A stretch of 64,000 nucleotides of DNA, taken from contig DATIKM010000071.1 of NCBI GenBank assembly GCA_035477595.1, forward strand, positions 878-64,877, given 5' to 3'. Below the pieces are notes generated by a model that saw only the letters and a list, made by a program, of their open reading frames with translations, had not been told where the DNA came from and did not search any database. The position numbers were made by a program, and so were the translations under genes. Source of the stretch: Chthonomonadales bacterium (GTDB lineage: Bacteria; Armatimonadota; Chthonomonadetes; Chthonomonadales; CAJBBX01). Below are positions 28,423 to 37,673 of this stretch, piece by piece. Each line of letters begins with the position of its first letter. Position 1 is the first letter of the stretch.

Positions 28423-29214
28423 GTGCGTCAGGTAGTAGAGACGGCCGCACGCCGGCCGGAGTGGCGGCTCATCATCCACGATGCCGGTTCGCCAGCGTGG
28501 AACATGGCGGCGGACGAGGCAATGCTCGATGCCGCAACGTCCGGCCTCGCGCCGCCTACGCTGCGCCTGTACCGGTGGTCAAGCGTCGCCGTGTCGGTTG
28601 GCCGGTTTCAGTCCATCGCGCGCACCGTGGACGCCGAGCTATGCCGGACACTCGGCGTGCCGGTCGTGCGCCGGCCCACTGGAGGCCGCGGGGTGCTCCA
28701 TGGCGGCGACCAGACGCTGTCGATTGCCGCCCGCCGGAGCCATCTTGGGGCAGGGGATCAGGGGATCATCGCGACGTACAGGGCGCTCTTGGAGGGCCTA
28801 GTCCACGGTCTTCGCGCGCTCAACGTCAGCGCTGCGCCACCGCCGGCGGAGCGCCGATCGGAGCACGCGGGCGACTGCTTCGCCGTGCGCTCGGCGGCCG
28901 ATCTTGTGGCGGCGGACGGCAGTAAGCTGGCGGGTGCAGCCATGCGCCAGCGCGCCGGCGCGGTGCTTCTGCAAGCCTCGGTCGTCCACCAGAAGCCCCA
29001 GGTGGACTCCGGCCGCGTGTTCCTCGGCACGCCGGCTTGCCTTCGCTATCCTTTGGAGCACATCGATCCGAGCGCGGTGGAGCAGGCGGTAGTGGACGGC
29101 TACCGGCACACCCTTGGTGTGCCGCTGCACGAGGGTGAGCTGACAGGATGGGAGTTGGAGCGTGCGGGAGTGCTCCTCGCGCGGTACGCGGCGGTCGGCT
29201 CTGGTTCGCGTTGA
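28423..29214 (+). CDS. lipoate-protein ligase / octanoyltransferase (LplA/LipM family, BPL_LplA_LipB domain)
   Basis: NMAADEAML, TLRLYRWSSVAVSVGRFQ, VVRRPTGGRGVLHG and the conserved-lysine segment GSKLAGAAMRQRAGAVLLQASV. Its position directly after gcvH/P suggests that GcvH is the substrate. Confidence 0.75.
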   Translation: MRQVVETAARRPEWRLIIHDAGSPAWNMAADEAMLDAATSGLAPPTLRLYRWSSVAVSVGRFQSIARTVDAELCRTLGVPVVRRPTGGRGVLHGGDQTLSIAARRSHLGAGDQGIIATYRALLEGLVHGLRALNVSAAPPPAERRSEHAGDCFAVRSAADLVAADGSKLAGAAMRQRAGAVLLQASVVHQKPQVDSGRVFLGTPACLRYPLEHIDPSAVEQAVVDGYRHTLGVPLHEGELTGWELERAGVLLARYAAVGSGSR

Positions 29215-29239
29215 CAGGGGTATGCCCATGTGATATACT
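29211..29239 (+). promoter_or_regulatory. sigma-70-type promoter TTGACA-N17-TATACT (with TGn extended -10) for the response regulator gene
   Basis: Perfect -35 TTGACA at 29211-29216, overlapping the TGA of the lipoate ligase gene. -10 TATACT at 29234-29239, preceded by TGA. 17-nt spacer. ~100-nt leader and GAAGGGAG RBS before ATG 29346. Confidence 0.6.
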
Positions 29240-29345
29240 TCCGCGGTGACCCTGCCAGTGCGTCGTCAACGCGGAAGACGGGCTGTTGATGCGTGTGAAC
29301 GTGCGCCAACGCCTCCGGCGAGCTTGAAGGGAGATATCAGCGAGC

Positions 29346-29750
29346 ATGGCGAAGAAGATTCTGGCGGTCGACGACGAGCGTCACATCGTTCGACTGGTAC
29401 AGGTGAACCTGGAGCGCCAGGGTTACACCGTCGTAACGGCCTTCGACGGCAAGGAGGCGCTCGAGAAGGTTGGCTCCGAGCAGCCTGACCTGATCGTGCT
29501 CGACGTGATGATGCCGTACATGGACGGCTTTGAGGTCCTCCAAGCGCTGAAGAGGAATCCCTCGACTCGCGACATCCCCGTGATCATGCTCACCGCGAAG
29601 GCGCAGGACGCCGATGTGTTCCGCGGATGGCAATCGGGAGCGGACTGCTACCTGACTAAGCCGTTCAACCCGATGGAACTGATCATGTTCATCAAGCGCA
29701 TTTTCAAGTCGCTCGAAGAGGATGGCGGCGAGCGCCGCATCGAGATCTAG
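29346..29750 (+). CDS. single-domain response regulator (CheY-like receiver)
   Basis: KILAVDDE, phospho-acceptor context DLIVLDVMMPYMDG, IPVIMLTAK, YLTKPF. No output domain (134 aa). Confidence 0.9.
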   Translation: MAKKILAVDDERHIVRLVQVNLERQGYTVVTAFDGKEALEKVGSEQPDLIVLDVMMPYMDGFEVLQALKRNPSTRDIPVIMLTAKAQDADVFRGWQSGADCYLTKPFNPMELIMFIKRIFKSLEEDGGERRIEI

Positions 29751-29810
29751 CCCGGGGAGCGGCCTGCTTCGTGGACGGCACAGCGTCGGTCAGCACTTCG
29801 TGAGGTACTC

Positions 29811-30035
29811 GTGGACAAGGACCATCGGACCACTTCCATCGTCATAGGCATCATAGCTGCTGCCGCAGGAATCGCCATGATGGCCTACGCATGGCGATGG
29901 CGGCTGGCGGAGCGGGCGATCGATCCGACGCTTCGCTCGGTATCGGAGATCCTGGACGACTGCTACGCCAAGGTGAAGCAGCTCCAGCAGAGCGTGTCGC
30001 ACCTGCCCGGCCCTCCGGCCGGCGCGAAGGACTAG
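29811..30035 (+). CDS. hypothetical small single-pass membrane protein
   Basis: 74-aa ORF (GTG start) with one clear helix, SIVIGIIAAAAGIAMMAYAW, and a polar tail. No recognisable family. Weak RBS. Confidence 0.35.
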   Translation: MDKDHRTTSIVIGIIAAAAGIAMMAYAWRWRLAERAIDPTLRSVSEILDDCYAKVKQLQQSVSHLPGPPAGAKD

Positions 30036-30348
30036 AGGCACCCGGTTCACTGCCGGGAATGCGACGCGCCGCACGGGCGAGCAGCCCGCGCGGCGCGTTG
30101 GCTTGTGAGGCGCCCGTCGAAGAGGACGGTCAGGCCTCGCTGGCGCACCGGCGACCCGTTCCGGGTCCAGAGCACTCCCGGCGCCTGGTCAACACCCATC
30201 GCCCCAGCCTGCAGCAAACGTCCGATAATGCATATTATGTTGCACGGCGGTGCCGTGACTGGTGATTCCCGTGGTCGTGGGCTCGCTCCAGTGTCAGCAG
30301 TCGCGGCCGCCCACTGTCGGGCGGGACAGGAGGCGAGACCGAGGCCGC

Positions 30349-30373
30349 GGGGGGACTGCGTAGACAGCCCCCC
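30349..30373 (-). terminator. GC-rich hairpin downstream of the Gfo/Idh/MocA gene (no U-tract)
   Basis: GGGGGG-a-CTG cgtaga CAG-CCCCCC (9 bp with one bulge), 18 nt past the stop at 30391. It lies in a convergent intergenic region, so it could act for either strand. Confidence 0.3.
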
Positions 30374-30390
30374 ACTGCCCTGCGGGTTGC

Positions 30391-31521
30391 TCAGTCGAGC
30401 AGAGAGGCGGGATCGCCGTGGAGCGGAGGAAGCGGATGCGGCCGAACCAGCACGCCTCCCTGCTCGTAGGACTCGATCACCGCCCACGTGTACTCGAGGA
30501 CGGCAAGCGCGTCGTGGCCGGAGGCGCGCACGCTTTCGAGAGGGACGCCGTTCGTCACATCCTCCAGGAACGCGTGGATGCGGCGCGAGAAGGTCTGGCT
30601 GAAATCCACGATGCCCGAGTTAGTGACCTCCGGGTCCCGCGAACCGCCGCCCGACATCTTGCTGGGGTCGCCAGCGTTGCTGGGGCTCGGCGCAGGCCAG
30701 AACGTGAGCTTCTCGATGCAGTTCTCAATGCAGAACGTGCCGAGCGTGCCAGCAACCTCCACGCTCCACCAGCCGCCGAGGCCGTAGGTGGCGTCGCCGC
30801 GCTGGCTCAGAAGGTAGCCGACGGCGTCATTGGCGAAGCGAACGTGGATGCTGACCGTCGACAGCATGACGTCGCTCGCCTTGCGCCGGAACCACGGGCG
30901 GTTGACGAATGCCTGGACGTGGGTGATGTCGCCGCAGAAGTGCCGCATCACACTGAAGGGGTGGGTGAGGAACGCTTTGAAGTGCGCGTAAGGGAAGCCT
31001 CGGAAGCGCGACGACGCAGTCGGGCTGTACGTCCCCTCGCCTGCCGAGAAGCCCATCTTGTGCAGGCAGTAGACCAGCTCGCCGACCTGGCCGCTGTCCA
31101 TGTACTCCTTCGCCTTCTCCGCTGGCGGTGTGAAGAAGTGGTTCAGGTTGCAGCCCAGGTAGACCTTGTTCTCGGCCGCCGCTGCCACCATCTGACGGGC
31201 TTCGCCGATGTCGTTGGAGATCGGCTTCTCCACGAGCACGTGCTTGCCGGCGGCGATCGCCTCCATCACGGGCTCGAAGTGCCAGCTGCCGTTCTCGTAC
31301 CCGCCTGTACACACGTCCACGATGTCGATCTCGGGCTCGTTGCGCAGCATCTGCGCGACCGACGTGTAGGCGCGAGTGCCGTACTTGTCCGCCCCCGCCG
31401 TGGCCCGGTCCTTGACCACATCGCAGATTGCCACCAGTTCGCCCAGGGAGCAGTTGCTGTAGGCCTCCGCGTGCGTCATGCCGATGCCACGTGCGCCGAC
31501 GATGCCTACCTTCAGGGCCAT
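30391..31521 (-). CDS. Gfo/Idh/MocA family oxidoreductase
   Basis: MALKVGIVGARGIGMTHAEAY is the Rossmann N-terminus. AGKHVLVEKPIS is the family EKP motif. 376 aa. Confidence 0.85.
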   Translation of the reverse strand: MALKVGIVGARGIGMTHAEAYSNCSLGELVAICDVVKDRATAGADKYGTRAYTSVAQMLRNEPEIDIVDVCTGGYENGSWHFEPVMEAIAAGKHVLVEKPISNDIGEARQMVAAAAENKVYLGCNLNHFFTPPAEKAKEYMDSGQVGELVYCLHKMGFSAGEGTYSPTASSRFRGFPYAHFKAFLTHPFSVMRHFCGDITHVQAFVNRPWFRRKASDVMLSTVSIHVRFANDAVGYLLSQRGDATYGLGGWWSVEVAGTLGTFCIENCIEKLTFWPAPSPSNAGDPSKMSGGGSRDPEVTNSGIVDFSQTFSRRIHAFLEDVTNGVPLESVRASGHDALAVLEYTWAVIESYEQGGVLVRPHPLPPLHGDPASLLD

Positions 31522-31781
31522 GTCGAGTACCTTTCCGTTGCGGGAGTGCGACCAGGCGACGGGTCGCCCGCCGCGTTCCGCCCATACTCAGCGACCGCGC
31601 CGCGGCATTCCTGCCGGGGGCGCTGGAAGACGGCGCGAGGAGCCAGGAAGGAGCGGCCGATGGAGGGCCCAGTCCACGAAGCGTCGGGCCCGAACGCCGA
31701 CGCGCCCAGATCGCCCTTCGCGGCACGGCTGCGCACCATGGACCGATTCGGCACGATGAGCGGGGCCCGGAGAGGATGGGT

Positions 31782-32312
31782 CTAGGACTTGCGGTCGACC
31801 GACTCGAGGACCGACTCCGCCATATAGATCGGCGCTCGCATGCGGAGCGCTATGGCAACGGCGTCGCTCGGGCGGCAGTCCACCTCGTGGTTGCCTGCGG
31901 CGCCCTTGAGCAGCATCTTGGCGTAGAACGTCTCGCCGAACAGGTCATCAATGATGACGCGCTCGACCTGCGTGCCGAGACGGTCAAGCAGGAGCTTCAC
32001 CAGGTCGTGTGTCATGGGGCGGTCCGAGCTCTCGCCATCGACGGCCATCATGATGGCTCGAGCTTCGAAGGGGCCAATGTAGATGGGCACTTTGCGCCCC
32101 TTGCGGTCCTGGAGGAGCACAAAGGCCTGGCCAATGCCACCGGAGGTCGGGTCCGGGTGCTCGAACACACCGACCACCTTCACCTCTTTCTCAAAGAGCT
32201 GGCGAGGCTGTCGGTTCTCTGGTTCCAGCTCACCGGGATTGGCGCCCTCCGCGCCCTCGCGGTGCTCTTCGGGCTCCCAGTCGGGAAAGAGGTCCTTGAA
32301 GTCGTGCCCCAC
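31782..32312 (-). CDS. bifunctional nuclease family protein (BFN/DUF151)
   Basis: VKVVGVFEHPD...FVLLQDRKGRKVPIYIGPFEARAIMMAV...RPMTHDLV...ETFYAKMLL...VDCRPSDAVAIALR matches the DUF151 core as I recall it. Confidence 0.75.
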   Translation of the reverse strand: MGHDFKDLFPDWEPEEHREGAEGANPGELEPENRQPRQLFEKEVKVVGVFEHPDPTSGGIGQAFVLLQDRKGRKVPIYIGPFEARAIMMAVDGESSDRPMTHDLVKLLLDRLGTQVERVIIDDLFGETFYAKMLLKGAAGNHEVDCRPSDAVAIALRMRAPIYMAESVLESVDRKS

Positions 32313-32354
32313 AGGTCAACCTCCGAGCGACGCCCACACCACCGCGCCCACTCG

Positions 32355-33689
32355 TCAGGCCCCCTCCGTCTTCATGGTGCGGTCGACCATCTTCAGGAAC
32401 TCGCGGTTCGACTTCGTGTGCTTGAGCCGGTCTAGCAGAAGCCCGGTAGCCTCCTCATCCGAGAGGCCACTCAGGATGCGGCGCAGTTGCGTCAATCGGC
32501 GGATCGTCTCCTCGTCGTAGAGCAACTCGTCGTGCCGGGTACCGGAGCGAACGATGTCCACGGCCGGGAAGATCCGCCGGTCCGCGAGAGCCCGATCGAG
32601 GCCCAGCTCCATGTTGCCGGTACCCTTGAACTCCTCGAAGATGTGGTCATCCATCCGGCTGCCGGTCTCGACCAGCGCGGTCGCCAGGATGGTCAGGCTG
32701 CCACCTTCCTCTATGTTACGCGCTGCCCCGAAGAAACGTTTCGGTCGGTAGAGCGCCGCCGGGTCGAGGCCGCCCGTGAGCGTACGCCCGCTGGGGTTGA
32801 CGGTCAGGTTGCTGGCCCGCGTGTAGCGGGTAAGGCTGTCCATCAGCACGACGACGTCGCGGCCTGACTCCACCAAGCGCTTGGCCTGCTCCAGCACCAT
32901 CTCCGCCACCCGCATGTGGTTCTCGGGCGTCTCGTCGAAGGTGGAGCTCACCACGGTGCCACGGACGAAGCGGCGGATGTCGGTGACCTCCTCTGGCCGC
33001 TCGTCGATCAGCAGGACCAGCAGGACGATGTCCGGGTGGTTCTCTGCAACCGCGTTGGCGACCGTCTTCAGCAGCGTCGTCTTGCCTGCCTTGGGGGGCG
33101 CCACGATCATTCCGCGCTGGCCCTTGCCGACGGGAGAGATCAGGTCGATAAGCCGGCCCGAGATCGCCTCCGGAGTGGTCTCCAGGATCAGGCGCTCGTT
33201 CGGGTAGATCGGGGTCAGGTCGTCGAAGCTGGGCCGGTTGCGCGCGGTCTCAGGGTCCAGACCGTTGACGTGCTCGACGCGCAGCAGGCCGAAGTACTTC
33301 TCGGACTCCTTCGGCGGGCGCACCTGCCCGCTCACCAGATCACCGGTCTTCAGCGCGAACCGCTTGATCTGCGTCTGCGAGACGTAGATGTCGTCGGCGT
33401 TGGGCGTCAGGTTGTTCCTGCGCAGGAACCCCCACCCCTCCGAGAGTATCTCAAGGACGCCCGACGCAACCTGTACGCCGTTCCGGTCCGCGTGAACCTC
33501 GACCACGCGGCGCACGAGGTCCTCGCGTCGCAGGGACGGATCGCCCTGCACCCCCATCTCGCGGAGCATGTTCTGCAGCTCCTCCGTCGACTTGCCCTCG
33601 AGGTCAGCGGCGATCAGCCCCTTCTCCTCGACTTCCTGGCGACGGGCCAACGGCTCCGCCTGTGGTAGTCTGCGCATAGGTCTCACCAT
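32355..33689 (-). CDS. rho: transcription termination factor Rho
   Basis: Rho_N ([14 protein letters not shown]), cold-shock-like RNA-binding domain ([16 protein letters not shown]...[18 protein letters not shown]), Walker [41 protein letters not shown]. Start at ATG 33689 is tentative: the ORF stays open to 33800 with an Arg-rich extension. Confidence 0.93.
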   Translation of the reverse strand: MVRPMRRLPQAEPLARRQEVEEKGLIAADLEGKSTEELQNMLREMGVQGDPSLRREDLVRRVVEVHADRNGVQVASGVLEILSEGWGFLRRNNLTPNADDIYVSQTQIKRFALKTGDLVSGQVRPPKESEKYFGLLRVEHVNGLDPETARNRPSFDDLTPIYPNERLILETTPEAISGRLIDLISPVGKGQRGMIVAPPKAGKTTLLKTVANAVAENHPDIVLLVLLIDERPEEVTDIRRFVRGTVVSSTFDETPENHMRVAEMVLEQAKRLVESGRDVVVLMDSLTRYTRASNLTVNPSGRTLTGGLDPAALYRPKRFFGAARNIEEGGSLTILATALVETGSRMDDHIFEEFKGTGNMELGLDRALADRRIFPAVDIVRSGTRHDELLYDEETIRRLTQLRRILSGLSDEEATGLLLDRLKHTKSNREFLKMVDRTMKTEGA

Positions 33690-33821
33690 GCTGTCCCCGT
33701 TCTTGCGGGCGGATGTCGCGCCGGCCGGTCGCCGCGTGCGAGCAGAGCGTGTCTCGCCGCGCTGTGCAGCTCGCGGCGGAGGGGGTGATTCAGCTGCCAT
33801 CAGAGAGTGCTCCGGTCAGAG

Positions 33822-34376
33822 TCAGGCCGCGGGACCATCTGGCTTCAGCACGCCGATGTACGGCAGGTTGCGATAGAGGCCGGCCAAGTCGAGGCCGTAG
33901 CCCACCACGAAGCGGTCCTCGATCGCAAAACCTACGTAGTCGGCATGTTGGTCCACGCGGCGCCGTGCGGGCTTGTCCAGAAGGGCGCAGGTGCGCACGC
34001 TGGCAGGGCCCCGAGAGCGCAGGAGGCCGACGAGATAGCGAAGCGTCAGCCCGGTGTCGACGATGTCCTCGACCAGCAGTACATGCTTGCCGTCGATAGG
34101 ATGGCTGAGATCCTTAAGCAGGCGGACCTCGCCGGTAGCCGCCGTCGCGGCGCCATACGATGATGTCGCCACGAAGTCGATCTCCATCGGGAGCGGGATG
34201 CGGCGCACCAGGTCGGCCAGGAAGACCACCGCTCCCGTGAGCACGCCCACGACCACTAGATCGCATCCCTGGTAGTCGACCCCGATCTGGTCCCCGAGCC
34301 GCGCCACGCGGGCAGCGATGGCGTCCGCTGAGATCAGCGCGTCCAGCCGAGCACCTGAGGAGCCGGGACCGGTCAC
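33822..34376 (-). CDS. hpt: hypoxanthine phosphoribosyltransferase
   Basis: DLVVVGVLTGAVVFLADL, PRPP motif VLLVEDIVDTGLTL, FVVGYGLDLAGLYRNLPYI. Confidence 0.9.
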   Translation of the reverse strand: MTGPGSSGARLDALISADAIAARVARLGDQIGVDYQGCDLVVVGVLTGAVVFLADLVRRIPLPMEIDFVATSSYGAATAATGEVRLLKDLSHPIDGKHVLLVEDIVDTGLTLRYLVGLLRSRGPASVRTCALLDKPARRRVDQHADYVGFAIEDRFVVGYGLDLAGLYRNLPYIGVLKPDGPAA

Positions 34377-35924
34377 CTACTCCCACTCTATGGTGGCTGG
34401 CGGCTTGGTGCTAATGTCGTAGACGACACGATTCACGCCTGGCACTTCGTTCACGATGCGGTTGCTGACGCGCTCCAGCACGTCGTACGGGATGTGCGAC
34501 CAGTGGGCGGTCATCGCGTCGTCGCTCGTCACCGCCCGCAGGACGACCGGGTGCCAGTACGTCCGGCCGTCCCCCATCACGCCAACGCTTCGCACTCCTG
34601 CCAGTAGCGCGGCGAATGCCTGCCATACCTGGCGGTAGAGGCCTGCGCGCCGAAGCTCATCGATGAAGATGGCGTCCGCAGCGCGCAGGATGGACAAGCG
34701 CTCTCGCGTCACTTCTCCTGTTATCCGCACCGCAAGGCCGGGACCGGGAAATGGGTGGCGCCACACGATGCTCTCGGGCAGACCAAGGTCCGCGGCGACG
34801 GCACGCACCTCGTCCTTGAACAGGTACCGGATGGGCTCGATTACCTTCAGCCGCATCCGTTCCGGTAGTCCCCCCACGTTATGGTGGGTCTTGATCTTGG
34901 CTGCCGTGCCTGTCCCGCTCTCTATCACATCAGGATAGAGCGTGCCCTGCGCCAGAAACTGCACGCCATGTAGATTCTCGGCGGTTTCCTCGAAGACCCG
35001 CACAAACTGCTCACCGATGATCCGACGCTTGTGCTCCGGGTCCACCACGCCCGCCAGCGCGCCCAGGAACCGGTCGCCAGCGTTCACGGCGATAAGCCGC
35101 AAGCCGAGCGCGTCGGCGAAGTCGCGCTGCACCTGCTCGGCCTCGCCTTGGCGCAGCAGGCCATGGTCCACAAAGATGCAGGTGAGCTGCTCACCGACCG
35201 CCCGATGCACCAGCGCGGCCACCGCGCAGGAGTCGACACCGCCCGACACGCCGCATACGACCCCGGCCTCACACACCTGTTCGCGGACCCACTGCACTGC
35301 CTCCGCGATGTAGGACTGAGACGTCCACAGGCCCTCGCATCCACACACGTCGATCACGAAGCGGCGCAGGAGCTCGGCGCCGAACGGCGTGTGCGCCACC
35401 TCCGGGTGAAACTGCACGCCGTGAATGCGCCTCGACGGCTCGAGCATCGCGGCGACCGGCGTGTTCTCCGTTGCCGCGGAGACGACGAAGCCTTCGGGGG
35501 CTTGGACCACGCTGTCTCCGTGGCTCATCCAGCAGGACAGGGACGTCCCCAAGCCATCAAGCAAGGGATCGGGCCCGGTCACTCGCAACTCGGTACGCCC
35601 GTACTCGCGCGCCTCGGCCGGCCGGATCTCGCCGCGGAAGCGCTTGGCGATCAGGTGGAGGCCGTAGCAGATGCCCAGAACCGGAACGCCCAGGTCGAAC
35701 ACCGCGGGATCGACGTCCAGCGCGCCGCACTCGTAGGCGCTGCTCGGACCTCCCGACAGGACCACCCCTCGGAGGCCAGGATCCGCAATCGTCGCCGCTC
35801 TGACGTCGGGCGGGGCGATCTCGCAGTAGACGTGGCACTCCCGGATTCGCCGCGCAATGAGGCGGGTGTACTGCCCCCCGAAGTCCAGAATCAGGATACG
35901 TTCGTCGGTAGGGTTCGGCTGCAT
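34377..35924 (-). CDS. guaA: GMP synthase (glutamine-hydrolysing)
   Basis: [32 protein letters not shown] is the GATase domain. CGVSGGVDS is the ATP-PPase P-loop. C-terminal PPATIEWE. Start at ATG 35924. The upstream 31 codons of the track ORF overlap the promoter. Confidence 0.95.
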   Translation of the reverse strand: MQPNPTDERILILDFGGQYTRLIARRIRECHVYCEIAPPDVRAATIADPGLRGVVLSGGPSSAYECGALDVDPAVFDLGVPVLGICYGLHLIAKRFRGEIRPAEAREYGRTELRVTGPDPLLDGLGTSLSCWMSHGDSVVQAPEGFVVSAATENTPVAAMLEPSRRIHGVQFHPEVAHTPFGAELLRRFVIDVCGCEGLWTSQSYIAEAVQWVREQVCEAGVVCGVSGGVDSCAVAALVHRAVGEQLTCIFVDHGLLRQGEAEQVQRDFADALGLRLIAVNAGDRFLGALAGVVDPEHKRRIIGEQFVRVFEETAENLHGVQFLAQGTLYPDVIESGTGTAAKIKTHHNVGGLPERMRLKVIEPIRYLFKDEVRAVAADLGLPESIVWRHPFPGPGLAVRITGEVTRERLSILRAADAIFIDELRRAGLYRQVWQAFAALLAGVRSVGVMGDGRTYWHPVVLRAVTSDDAMTAHWSHIPYDVLERVSNRIVNEVPGVNRVVYDISTKPPATIEWE

Positions 35925-35994
35925 GGAATCGCCGTGGCGAAGGAAGAGCGCGAGAGCGAAGTAGAAGAGCGCGTGGGCTGCGCGGAGTCTCTCC

Positions 35995-36024
35995 AGTATA
36001 GCCGCACGTCGAAACACGAGTCAA
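35995..36024 (-). promoter_or_regulatory. sigma-70-type promoter TTGACT-N18-TATACT for guaA-hpt
   Basis: On the minus strand the -35 is at 36024-36019 and the -10 at 36000-35995, giving a ~64-nt leader to ATG 35924. Confidence 0.5.
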
Positions 36025-36078
36025 GCGCGGCTCCCCGAAAGCGCGGTCCGGCGCCAATTGGGCGCCTCCTCGCTCGCC

Positions 36079-36108
36079 TTGACTTCGGCTACGGGCACGG
36101 AGTACACT
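36079..36108 (+). promoter_or_regulatory. sigma-70-type promoter TTGACT-N18-TACACT for tRNA-Gln
   Basis: -35 at 36079-36084 and -10 at 36103-36108. The tRNA 5' end is 11 nt downstream. It is divergent from the guaA promoter. Confidence 0.5.
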
Positions 36109-36119
36109 ACCGCCGTCCA

Positions 36120-36191
36120 TGCGGGGTGGTGCAGCGGCAGCACGTCTGACTCTGGATCAGAAGATCGAGGGTTCGAATCCTTCCCCCGCAG
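36120..36191 (+). tRNA. tRNA-Gln (anticodon CTG)
   Basis: Hand-folded. Acceptor TGCGGGG/CCCCGCA (U1:A72). D stem GTGC/GCAC. Anticodon stem TCTGA/TCAGA with loop CTCTGGA. T arm GAGGG-TTCGAAT-CCTTC. Discriminator G73. U1:A72 and G73 are known Gln identity features. CCA is not encoded. Confidence 0.9.
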
Positions 36192-36296
36192 CCCGTCGTG
36201 CGGCCACGGCACCTTGCCGTGGCCGTTGCCGTTTCACCCCTTGCGGGTCGCTCCGCCTCCGACCCCTGCAACCAGGAGGGGTCGCGCCCCCAACCA

Positions 36297-37061
36297 TCAG
36301 CGAAGCAGGTTCAGCGCCGCGACCGCGGCCAGAGCGAGCATCAGGTTGTCGAACAGGCGCTGCGGCAGGCGGGGCAGAAGCCACCTGCCGATGAAGGCGC
36401 CGAGAACTATGACCGGAGCAATGGCAGCGTTGAACGACAGCGATGCTGCGGTCATCATCGGACTGGCGGGATCCATCAGGGTCAGTACGGCGAAGACCGG
36501 CACCTTGGTCAGGTTGACCACAAGGAAGTACCACGCTGTCGTGCCCATGAACTGCTCTTTGGGCAGACGGGACGCCGTCAGGTAGATCTGCATGATCGGC
36601 CCAGCAGCGTTCGAGACGGTGGTGGCGAATCCCGCGGTGACCCCGGTCGCCGCCATGCCCCACCCGGACGTCGGGGCGATCCGGTCTCCGACGCGCGCGC
36701 GGAGCAGGTGCACGGCGAGCATCGCCAGCACGAGCAGGCCGATCAGGGAGTCCATCAACTGGGCCCCTGCCCCGCCCTTCATCAGCCCGAGTAGCAGCGC
36801 TCCGGACGCCACACCGACCAGTACATGGGGAACGAGGCCGAGAAGCTTGTCCCAGCGTGCGTGGCGCCGGTACCATGTCACAGCGAAGATGTCGCCCACG
36901 ATCAGCATCGGCAGAACCGTGCCCACCGACAGGCGCGAGCCGAAGAGTGCCGCCATCACTGGGACGACTAGAATGCCAGCGCCCGGCACTCCCGTCTTCG
37001 AAACGCCTACGAGAAGCGCGGCGGCCGCGCCGAGCGCCCACTGGCCCGCGTCCAGAGTCAC
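36297..37061 (-). CDS. TauE/SafE family sulfite-exporter-like membrane protein
   Basis: 254 aa with ~8 helices. GAAAALLVGVSKTGVPGAGILVVPVM and a repeated half (GVTAGFATTVSNAAGPIM) are typical of DUF81/TauE. Confidence 0.8.
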   Translation of the reverse strand: MTLDAGQWALGAAAALLVGVSKTGVPGAGILVVPVMAALFGSRLSVGTVLPMLIVGDIFAVTWYRRHARWDKLLGLVPHVLVGVASGALLLGLMKGGAGAQLMDSLIGLLVLAMLAVHLLRARVGDRIAPTSGWGMAATGVTAGFATTVSNAAGPIMQIYLTASRLPKEQFMGTTAWYFLVVNLTKVPVFAVLTLMDPASPMMTAASLSFNAAIAPVIVLGAFIGRWLLPRLPQRLFDNLMLALAAVAALNLLR

Positions 37062-37673
37062 CTAGCCAGCCTCGCCCGCGGCCTGCCGCTCTGCAACGGC
37101 GGCCTGATGGTGCGTCTGGAGGCAACCGAGGAGCGCTTCAGGGGTGTTGGCGCACATGATCAGGGCCCGGTGCTCCGGACTCAGGAAGCCCTCCTCCACG
37201 GCGCGGTCGAGCATGGCCGCGAGCGGCTCGAAGTACCCAGCGGCGTCCAGCAGCGCAATCGGCTTCCGATGGATGCCGAGTTGGGCACACGTGACCACCT
37301 CGAAGAGCTCGTCCAGCGTGCCGTACCCGCCAGGCAGGGCCACGAAGGCGTCCGATAGCTCTGCCATCAGCGCCTTGCGCTCGTGCATCGACGACACCAC
37401 GCGCAGGTCCGACAGGCGGTCGTGCGCAAGCTCGCTGGTTCGGAGCGCCTCGGGGATCACGCCGACCACGTTGCCGCCGGACTCCAGCGCGGCGTCGGCG
37501 AGCGCGCCCATCAGTCCCACGCGCCCTCCGCCGTAGACCACTCGCACCCCGCGCAGCGCAAGAACGGCACCCAGCCGTCGCGCCGCGACGGCGTACTCCG
37601 GATGACGCCCCACACTCGACCCACAGAAGACGCAGACGCTCTGCAGAGCGGTCCCGCCGGGCGCACCGCTCAC
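37062..37673 (-). CDS. LOG family cytokinin riboside 5'-monophosphate phosphoribohydrolase-like protein
   Basis: VCVFCGSS, VYGGGRVGLMG, PGGYGTLDELFE are LOG/TIGR00730 motifs. GTG 37673 overlaps the TGA of the upstream gene (GTGA). Confidence 0.85.
   Translation of the reverse strand: MSGAPGGTALQSVCVFCGSSVGRHPEYAVAARRLGAVLALRGVRVVYGGGRVGLMGALADAALESGGNVVGVIPEALRTSELAHDRLSDLRVVSSMHERKALMAELSDAFVALPGGYGTLDELFEVVTCAQLGIHRKPIALLDAAGYFEPLAAMLDRAVEEGFLSPEHRALIMCANTPEALLGCLQTHHQAAVAERQAAGEAG

Noticed and set aside
30240-30390. Possible SRP (4.5S) or 6S RNA in the convergent intergenic region.
   Set aside because: I could not find the conserved SRP domain IV motifs (GGAA/AGCA symmetric loop context) or a 6S-like long interrupted helix. 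It is kept only as a low-interest generic sRNA candidate.
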